Positions 1-5,792 of a DNA stretch of 11,026 nucleotides are shown piece after piece. Position numbers and translations under genes: made by a program. The stretch lies in contig JAVKIJ010000093.1 in NCBI GenBank assembly GCA_031459535.1, positions 1 to 11,026 on the forward strand, written 5' to 3'. The notes beneath the pieces are model-generated. The model searched no databases and had not been told where the DNA came from. It saw only the letters and a program-made list of their open reading frames with translations. Origin of the DNA: Candidatus Fervidifonticultor quintus (GTDB lineage: Bacteria > Sysuimicrobiota > Sysuimicrobiia > Sysuimicrobiales > Humicultoraceae). The first letter of the stretch is position 1. Every line of letters starts with the position of its first letter.

Positions 1-33
1 CGGCTGGAGGAGAGAGGCTCGGCCAGCCTGTAG
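1..33 (+). CDS. Possible 3' end of an upstream gene (...RLEERGSASL*), partial
   Basis: Frame 1 reads CGG CTG GAG GAG AGA GGC TCG GCC AGC CTG TAG with mostly G/C third positions, followed by a more AT-rich stretch. Too short to verify. Confidence 0.3.
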   Translation, partial: RLEERGSASL

Positions 34-56
34 AAGGAAAGCCAGAGGTCGGAGTG

Positions 57-111
57 AGCATCATGCTGTGCATTAACATTCGAATTTCAGCATCCTGCTA
101 AGCCCTTAGCA
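57..111. promoter_or_regulatory. Cluster of palindromic operator-like sites
   Basis: AGCATCATGCT (57-67) and AGCATCCTGCT (89-99) are AGCA-N3-TGCT palindromes 32 bp apart. TGCTAAG-CC-CTTAGCA (96-111) is a perfect 7-bp inverted repeat. The patch is AT-rich. Confidence 0.35.
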
Positions 112-140
112 TTCTTGGGGAGATCATTGGCGGCGGTGTT

Positions 141-698
141 ATGCCGTGGAGATGCAAGCGTTACTACGGGCCCTATCTCGACTCGCTTGTTAAGCGTGGC
201 GTGCTACGGCTCAGGTGCGATTTGGTCCGCGACGCAGTAGCTGATCTCCGGTCGGCCGCTGCTATCATATCAGCTACTGGGCCGAGGTTGAGTCTCCCAG
301 ATACCCTCACATACCTCGCCCTTGCCTATGCCAAGCTCGGGGAAACGCAGAGAGCCATCGAGACCTCCGAAGAGGCAATCCGCATTCTCGCCGAGATGAA
401 CTTCGCCAATCACCAGCCTCAACGCATCTTCTGGCATCACTACCTCATCCTTGGGATGGCTGGGCACGAGTCGAGGCTGGCGTACCTCGAACGCGCCGTC
501 CAGTTGATCGAGGCGCAAGCGGCCACGCTCTCACCCGCGCAAGGGCGGCGACTCCGCCGCGAGGTTCCGCTGAACCGAGAGATCCTCGAGGCGTGGCACG
601 CCCATCGGCCGACGGGGGACTTGGCCCTGGCCTCCCGTCCCGCCTCGGCCCCAGCGGCTGGGGGTCACGTCCCCGCACAGTTCACCGCCCAGCTCTGA
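141..698 (+). CDS. Tetratricopeptide-repeat-like helical protein, possibly the C-terminal part of a larger ATPase/TPR regulator (185 aa; start uncertain)
   Basis: TPR-like segments (SLVKRGVLRL...AVADLRSA; TLTYLALAYAKLGETQRAIETSEEAIRIL). The tail LERAVQLIEAQAATLS...RREVPLNREILEAW resembles the ends of large STAND/TPR regulators (recalled pattern, not searched). Confidence 0.6.
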   Translation: MPWRCKRYYGPYLDSLVKRGVLRLRCDLVRDAVADLRSAAAIISATGPRLSLPDTLTYLALAYAKLGETQRAIETSEEAIRILAEMNFANHQPQRIFWHHYLILGMAGHESRLAYLERAVQLIEAQAATLSPAQGRRLRREVPLNREILEAWHAHRPTGDLALASRPASAPAAGGHVPAQFTAQL

Positions 699-842
699 CG
701 GCTGCCCGTGCAGGTTGGCGCCCGGCAGGACGCCGCAGATCTCCTGCGTCCGGTAGTGGGAGGTGTGGAATCCGGCACGCGAGCCCGGTCGAGGGGCGGG
801 CCGTCAAGCTTGTCTAGGTGAGAGAGTCGGGAGAGGCAACTA

Positions 843-892
843 GCCTATCCTGCGGTCCAATCCAGGGGGCGTTGGACCCAGGCAGGGTGGGC
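843..892 (+). promoter_or_regulatory. Long leader hairpin overlapping the ribosome-binding region of the 897 ORF
   Basis: GCCTATCCTGC (843-853) pairs with GCAGGGTGGGC (882-892, two G-U pairs). GGTCCAA (854-860) pairs with TTGGACC (872-878). There is a 3-nt bulge and an 11-nt loop, and the stem ends 4 nt before ATG 897. Confidence 0.45.
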
Positions 893-896
893 AGGG

Positions 897-1637
897 ATGG
901 CGCGAGGCGTCACGGCTCGGTTTGCGGTCGATCATCCTGTGCGTCCAGGCGCGGTGCGCGCGATTCTGGACACGTTGGTGGCGCAGGGCGGAGCCTATGA
1001 GCCGCACCTGATGCGCCGCTCTCCAGACGGCCCCGTGCGACGCATCTCGTGGAGTCGTCCGGCGGGACTCCTTGACGACGTGACTGAAGCGGGGACCCAG
1101 ACGACCTTCCTGCGGGTCGCGGAGGGCCAGCCGCACCCGGTCCTGTCCTTCCATATCAGCCGTTCGCCGAGGAGCTGGCCCAGCGTCGTGCGACTCATGA
1201 TTCCGGAGGAGGCGCTGGCAGGCAGCCAGGAGATCGAACGAGTGCTGGGCGTCTGCAAGGGGCTGTACCTCTTTCTTGAGTCGCCCTGGGGCACGGTCTC
1301 CGGCGGGGAGAGCCGTGGCGGAGAAGTCCGTGAGAACTCCAACACGCCCATCTGTTGGGCGAACTTCATCGGGCCCGAGCTCGTCACCCACGTGGGCCCG
1401 GCGCGCCTCCTGACCTCATTGGCGTTCATGGTGGAGATTCTGCCCGACGGAGGCATCATGCTCGTGACGCACGCGGCGCCATGGCTGGCCGACGCGCCCG
1501 AGGGCCGAGCGTTCCGCATTCGCCTCGGCGAATCGGTCGCGCTCGGTGAGGCGCTTGCGAGTACAGGCCTCCTCCGGGCCCTGCACGAGGTACGAACCCG
1601 GCCCGCAGGCCGCCGGTCGCTCAGGCAGCTGCCCTGA
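897..1637 (+). CDS. Hypothetical protein resembling polymorphic-toxin immunity proteins (Imm52/DUF3396/DUF5953-like), 246 aa
   Basis: GC3-rich open frame with ATG start. The C-terminal pattern WANFIGPELVTHVGPARLL...VEILPDGGIMLVT resembles the W-x-N/T-F-x-G...VE-x-L-x-x-GG-h-h-h pattern of these families. The family call is inference. Confidence 0.65.
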   Translation: MARGVTARFAVDHPVRPGAVRAILDTLVAQGGAYEPHLMRRSPDGPVRRISWSRPAGLLDDVTEAGTQTTFLRVAEGQPHPVLSFHISRSPRSWPSVVRLMIPEEALAGSQEIERVLGVCKGLYLFLESPWGTVSGGESRGGEVRENSNTPICWANFIGPELVTHVGPARLLTSLAFMVEILPDGGIMLVTHAAPWLADAPEGRAFRIRLGESVALGEALASTGLLRALHEVRTRPAGRRSLRQLP

Positions 1638-1757
1638 GTGACCGCCATCCCTCGGCTGTCGAACGCGCCGTTTGGGCCCAGGATTTCCCGGCCGGGTGAT
1701 CCCCGCGTTCCCCTCGTAGTGTAGCTGGCCACTCTGCTCGCCCCACATCTTGTGTCC

Positions 1758-1801
1758 TTTCGCCCTGGAGAGCCAAGATCTATGACCAGGCTCTCCCGAA
1801 A
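1758..1801. other. Intergenic stem-loop
   Basis: GGAGAGCC (1767-1774) and GGCTCTCC (1789-1796) form a perfect 8-bp stem, extended by TTTCG (1758-1762) / CGAAA (1797-1801) across a 4-nt bulge. Confidence 0.45.
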
Positions 1802-1836
1802 CGTCCTGGAACGCGCTCTGCATCTAGCTTTCCGAC

Positions 1837-1866
1837 GCCCGACTGGTGTTGGGTTTTCAATTATTT
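1837..1866 (+). terminator. Putative intrinsic terminator upstream of the dcw promoter region
   Basis: GCCCGAC-TGGT-GTTGGGT hairpin (two G-U pairs) followed by TTTCAATTATTT, an unusually T-rich run for this sequence. Confidence 0.5.
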
Positions 1867-1890
1867 GTCTACGTCTAGCAGAAGGAGTTC

Positions 1891-1937
1891 GTGGGTAGAT
1901 GGAGAATGTGAGTGGGGCAGAGTGGGGAACTGTGGGG
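1891..1937 (+). promoter_or_regulatory. MraZ-binding direct repeats (dcw operon autoregulation)
   Basis: GTGGGG at 1912, 1922 and 1932 (exact 10-bp period), plus GTGGG at 1891. This matches the known GTGG(G) 10-bp-spaced MraZ boxes upstream of mraZ. Confidence 0.85.
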
Positions 1938-2360
1938 ATGCTGAAGGGCGAGTACCCGTACGCACTGGACGACAAGGGCAGGGTGGTCATCCCGCCCAGG
2001 TTTCGGCGAGTGCTTGGCGACCAGGTGGTCGCTACGCGGGGGATCGATCCCTGCGTTACGGTCTACTCGCCGCAGGAGTGGGCGAAGGTCGAAGAGGCTC
2101 TCAGAAAGCTCCCCACCAGCAAGCGGGACGTCACACGCTACTTGCTGGCAGGTGCGGTTGATCTGGACCTCGACCGCCAGGGTCGTGTGACGCTGCCGGT
2201 GCACCTGCGGCAACACGCCGGCATCGAGCGGGATGTGGTGGTGGTCGGGCTCATCAATCGTCTGGAGATCTGGAGCCGACCTGCGTGGCAGTCGTACCTG
2301 GAGAAGGCCCAGAAGTCTGCTCCGCAGATCGCGGAGCAGTTGGAGGAGTTGAGCCTATAG
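1938..2360 (+). CDS. mraZ: Division/cell wall cluster transcriptional repressor MraZ (140 aa)
   Basis: MLKGEYPYALDDKGRVVIP and DLDRQGRVTLP (two DxxGR SpoVT/AbrB repeats), plus VVVVGLINRLEIW. ATG 1938 matches the family N-terminus; the 1899 start would translate the operator repeats. Confidence 0.97.
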   Translation: MLKGEYPYALDDKGRVVIPPRFRRVLGDQVVATRGIDPCVTVYSPQEWAKVEEALRKLPTSKRDVTRYLLAGAVDLDLDRQGRVTLPVHLRQHAGIERDVVVVGLINRLEIWSRPAWQSYLEKAQKSAPQIAEQLEELSL

Positions 2361-3475
2361 CCTCTTGCGGGGCGGGCATCGGGCACATCCCGGTGATGGT
2401 CGAGGTAGTCCTCGCCTGGTTGGATCCCCGGCCAGGCGGGACCTACGTGGACGCCACCATCGGGGCGGGCGGGCACGCTGAGGCGATCCTGGCCAGGATC
2501 GCCCCGACGGGAAGACTGATCGGCATTGACCGCGACGCCGCCGCGCTGGCCGTCGCGGGACAGCGACTGGCTCGGTACGGAGCATCGGTCTCACTTCGGC
2601 ACGCGAACTTCACGGCTATCCGCCAGGTGTTGGCGGAGGCCGGCGTCGAGGCGGTAGACGGCATCGTGATGGACCTTGGAGCCTCATCGCTGCAGCTTGA
2701 CGTCCCCGAGCGCGGGTTCAGCTTCTTGCGCCCGGGTCCACTGGACATGCGCATGGATCAGACCCAAACCCTGCGCGCTGCGGATCTGGTCAACGAGCTG
2801 CCCGAGGCCGAGCTGGCGAGTCTGATCTACAAGTACGGTGAGGAGCGATTCGCGCGGCGCATCGCGCGGGAGATCGTGCGCCGCAGGCCGCTGGCATCGA
2901 CCGCAGAGCTGGCCGATGCCGTGGCCGCGGCAATTCCCCGGAAGTCGTGGCCGAGGGCGATCCACCCGGCCACGCGGACCTTCCAGGCGCTGCGGATCGC
3001 GACGAACCGGGAACTCGACGATCTGGAACAGGCATTGCCCGATGCGGTGGGGTCTCTCCGGGAGGGAGGTCGACTCTGCGTGATCACCTTCCACTCCCTG
3101 GAAGATCGAATCCTCAAACACACCTACCTGCGCCTCTCCCGTGGCTGCACCTGCCCTCCCGGGAGCCCCACCTGCAGTTGCGGCGGCCGGCGGCTCATCC
3201 GCGTGCTCACGCGCCGGCCCATCGTGCCGTCGGCAGCCGAAGTCGCCGCCAACCCCCGCGTCCGCAGTGCCAAGCTGCGTGTGGCCGAGCGGCGGTCTCA
3301 CAATGATCCGAACAACAGTGCCACCGTTGAAGATGCGCCGGAGGCCGGTCAATCTCGCGCTGCACTCACCCTCCCCTCCATCGCTCCTGACGTCGTCTCT
3401 CCGGCAACCGGCCTTCGGCGCGTGAATGCCGCACGTCCCACGCTGCGCCGCCTGGGGGCGAGGCAACACCCATGA
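2357..3475 (+). CDS. rsmH: 16S rRNA m4C1402 methyltransferase RsmH (MraW); start uncertain (ATA 2357 proposed, GTG 2393 or ATG 2396 alternatives)
   Basis: Motifs HIPVM, DATIGAGGHA, GIDRD, DLGASSLQLD..RGFSF..GPLDMRM, HPATRTFQALRIATNREL, ITFHSLEDRILK and NPRVRSAKLRVAER. Position directly after mraZ. Confidence 0.96.
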   Translation: MASCGAGIGHIPVMVEVVLAWLDPRPGGTYVDATIGAGGHAEAILARIAPTGRLIGIDRDAAALAVAGQRLARYGASVSLRHANFTAIRQVLAEAGVEAVDGIVMDLGASSLQLDVPERGFSFLRPGPLDMRMDQTQTLRAADLVNELPEAELASLIYKYGEERFARRIAREIVRRRPLASTAELADAVAAAIPRKSWPRAIHPATRTFQALRIATNRELDDLEQALPDAVGSLREGGRLCVITFHSLEDRILKHTYLRLSRGCTCPPGSPTCSCGGRRLIRVLTRRPIVPSAAEVAANPRVRSAKLRVAERRSHNDPNNSATVEDAPEAGQSRAALTLPSIAPDVVSPATGLRRVNAARPTLRRLGARQHP

Positions 3476-3939
3476 TCGCCCCCGAGCGGCGTAGCCAGCT
3501 CTTTCCGGTGTGGCTGCCGGAGCGCCAGTGGCGCAGGCAGCCCGCAGTGCGGCGCCGGCCGCGGGTGCACCCGATGGTCGGCGCGACGGTGATGGCGGTT
3601 CTTCTCACCCTGCCGGCGGTCCTGTATGTCTCGGTTCGCGCATACCGGGCAGAGGCCGGCTACACGATCCTGCGCCTGCAGGGCGAACTCGCGCACCTGC
3701 GCGCTGAACACGCGCGCCTGACCCTGCGGGTGGCGGCCCTCGAATCGCCGCGGAGGATCGAGTACTACGCCACAACAGAGCTGGGGATGGCGCCGCCCCG
3801 CCAGCGCCAGCTCGCCACCATCACCGTCGGGCCGGCCATCGCGCGGGTCGTGCAGCCTGTCGAGCAGCCCACGCTGTGGCGCCAGCTAGCGGGCTGGTTC
3901 GGGAGGAGTGAGGCCGAGGCCCGAGAGCGTGCGCGATGA
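3472..3939 (+). CDS. ftsL: Cell division protein FtsL-like (155 aa)
   Basis: Basic cytoplasmic N-terminus, one TM helix (MVGATVMAVLLTLPAVLYVSV), leucine heptad coiled coil and LESPRRIEYYATTELGM..P. Lies between rsmH and the PBP with ATGA overlaps on both sides. Confidence 0.85.
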   Translation: MIAPERRSQLFPVWLPERQWRRQPAVRRRPRVHPMVGATVMAVLLTLPAVLYVSVRAYRAEAGYTILRLQGELAHLRAEHARLTLRVAALESPRRIEYYATTELGMAPPRQRQLATITVGPAIARVVQPVEQPTLWRQLAGWFGRSEAEARERAR

Positions 3940-5729
3940 CCTCACGGCGTTGGGGCCGTTCCCCCGGGCGGGACGCCCCGCCCGGGGGAAGGACGTTTCG
4001 AGGCGCGGTCGAAGCTGAGGCCGAGCACCTTCGCCTGATCCGCCTGCGCGCGACAATCCTCCTTGTCCTCATCGGACTGGCCATGGCCGGCCTGGGCGGT
4101 CGGCTGGTGTCTCTGCACGTAGTTCAGGCAGGTCTGCTTGAGCGCCTGGCCGAGCGCCAGCAGTTCGGCCAGGTCGTCGTGCAACCCAAGCGGGGGCGGC
4201 TCCTCGACCGATGGGGGCGGCCGCTGGCGGTCAACGTCGAGGTCGAATCGGTCTACGCGGTCCCATCGCGCATAGAGGATCGGACGGGCTTCGCACGGCT
4301 CATCGCGCCGGTCCTCGGGATGAGACCGGATCGGCTTCGGAGCCGTTTGCACCCCGATCGGCACTTCGTCTGGCTGGCCCGCAAGGTGTCCCCGCAGACA
4401 GCCGCAGCGCTGAGGTCGATGAGACTGGGCGAGACCATCGGGTTCCTGCCCGAGGCCCGCCGCGAGTACCCCAACGGGACACTGGCGGCGCATGTCCTGG
4501 GATTCGCGGGCATTGACAACCAGGGGCTGGCTGGCGCTGAGCTCGCCTTCGATCACCACTTGCGCGGCCGGGCTGGTCTGGCGCGCGTGGAACGGGACGC
4601 GATGGGGAGGCCGCGACTCGAGACACGCACCGTCGTGCGCGACCCCGTCGATGGCGCCGACGTGCTGCTCACCATCGACCAGGTGCTGCAACACGTCGCT
4701 GAACGGGAGCTCGACCGCGCCCTGGCCGAGACCCGCGCCGCGTGGGGAACGGTGATCATCATGGAGTCCGGCACCGGCGAAATCCTGGCGCTGGCCGTCT
4801 CTCCCCGATTCGACCCTAACGCCTTTCAGCACGCAGCGCCCGCTCAATGGAGAAACCCGGCGGTGGAGCATCTCTACGAGCCGGGTTCGACGTTCAAGAT
4901 CGTGCTGGCGGCGGCCGCCATGGAATCCGGTGCGGTGGACGAGCAGGAGACCTTCGCCACCAGCGGGGTATTCAGGGTGGCCGGGCACACGATCCGGGAG
5001 GCACACGACCTGGGGTCCCGCCGGCAAACGCTGGCGGACATTGTCAGGAATTCCTCCAACGTGGGAGCCGCCATGGTGGCTACACGCCTGGGAGTCAGGC
5101 GGTACTACGAGGCGATTCGTCGGTTCGGGTTCGGCGCGCCCACGGGCATCGAGTTGCCCGGAGAGGCAGCTGGGCTCGTGCCACCTCCCGAGCAGTGGGG
5201 TGGCGGCACCCTGCAGACCATAGGGTTTGGCCAGGGGATCTCGGTCACGCCGCTGCAGGTCCTGGTGGCCGGTGCGGCGCTGGCCAACGACGGCGTCGTG
5301 GTGCGCCCGCACATCCTGCGCGCGGTCCGCGACGGCGCGGGGCGCGCGATCGCGGTGACGGCACCCGATTCCGGCCGGCCGGCCGTCTCGCCCGCTGTGG
5401 CGCGCCGTGTCATGGCCATGATGGTGGACGTCGTCAAGCGCGGCACCGGCACTCAGGCGGCGCTCGACGGCTATCCGGTGGCGGGCAAGACCGGGACAGC
5501 GCAGAAGCCTTCGCCTTCGGGTGGGTACCTGCCCGGCGCGTACGTGGCCTCGTTTCTCGGCATCGTCCCGGCCGACCGCCCTCGGCTCGCCATCCTCGTC
5601 GTGCTCGACGGTCCCCAGGGCGCGTACTACGGCGGCGCAGTCGCGGCGCCGGTCTTTCGCGCGGTGGCCGCGCAGGTGCTCTGGCACCTGCGGGTGGCGC
5701 CCTCGGAGCCCTCGGCCGCCCTGCGCTGA
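3936..5729 (+). CDS. ftsI: Class B penicillin-binding protein (FtsI/PBP3-type transpeptidase), 597 aa, no PASTA domains
   Basis: N-terminal TM, RGRLLDRWG, RREYPNG, GLAGAE and LTIDQVLQ pedestal motifs. Catalytic SxxK (EPGSTFK), SxN (SSNVG) and KTG (GKTGTAQK). Confidence 0.95.
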   Translation: MTSRRWGRSPGRDAPPGGRTFRGAVEAEAEHLRLIRLRATILLVLIGLAMAGLGGRLVSLHVVQAGLLERLAERQQFGQVVVQPKRGRLLDRWGRPLAVNVEVESVYAVPSRIEDRTGFARLIAPVLGMRPDRLRSRLHPDRHFVWLARKVSPQTAAALRSMRLGETIGFLPEARREYPNGTLAAHVLGFAGIDNQGLAGAELAFDHHLRGRAGLARVERDAMGRPRLETRTVVRDPVDGADVLLTIDQVLQHVAERELDRALAETRAAWGTVIIMESGTGEILALAVSPRFDPNAFQHAAPAQWRNPAVEHLYEPGSTFKIVLAAAAMESGAVDEQETFATSGVFRVAGHTIREAHDLGSRRQTLADIVRNSSNVGAAMVATRLGVRRYYEAIRRFGFGAPTGIELPGEAAGLVPPPEQWGGGTLQTIGFGQGISVTPLQVLVAGAALANDGVVVRPHILRAVRDGAGRAIAVTAPDSGRPAVSPAVARRVMAMMVDVVKRGTGTQAALDGYPVAGKTGTAQKPSPSGGYLPGAYVASFLGIVPADRPRLAILVVLDGPQGAYYGGAVAAPVFRAVAAQVLWHLRVAPSEPSAALR

Positions 5730-5750
5730 TGGCCGAGCACGCGGCGCCGG

Positions 5751-5787
5751 TACTCTATATATAATGGGCGAGGGCCGCACGGAGGTG
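5751..5787 (+). promoter_or_regulatory. Putative internal promoter -10 box (TATAAT 5760-5765) and murE Shine-Dalgarno (GGAGGTG 5781-5787)
   Basis: Consensus TATAAT inside TACTCTATATATAAT, the only clearly AT-rich patch within the operon. No clear -35. The SD lies 5 nt before ATG 5793. Confidence 0.55.
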
Positions 5788-5792
5788 TCTGG

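Noticed and set aside
756-800. GGAGGTG SD-like site (759-765) and CGGCACG sigma54-like -24 element
   Set aside because: No suitably spaced start codon follows the SD, and no TTGC -12 element is present.
1638-1900. RNase P RNA or another known housekeeping RNA upstream of mraZ
   Set aside because: No GAGGAAAGTCC RNase P signature, tRNA cloverleaf or recognisable riboswitch consensus seen.
1899-1937. 13-aa N-terminal extension of MraZ in the ORF track
   Set aside because: It translates the operator repeats; family similarity begins at ATG 1938.
2285-2356. rsmH start at GTG 2285
   Set aside because: It would overlap mraZ by 76 nt with non-homologous sequence; the SD-supported site near 2357 fits better.
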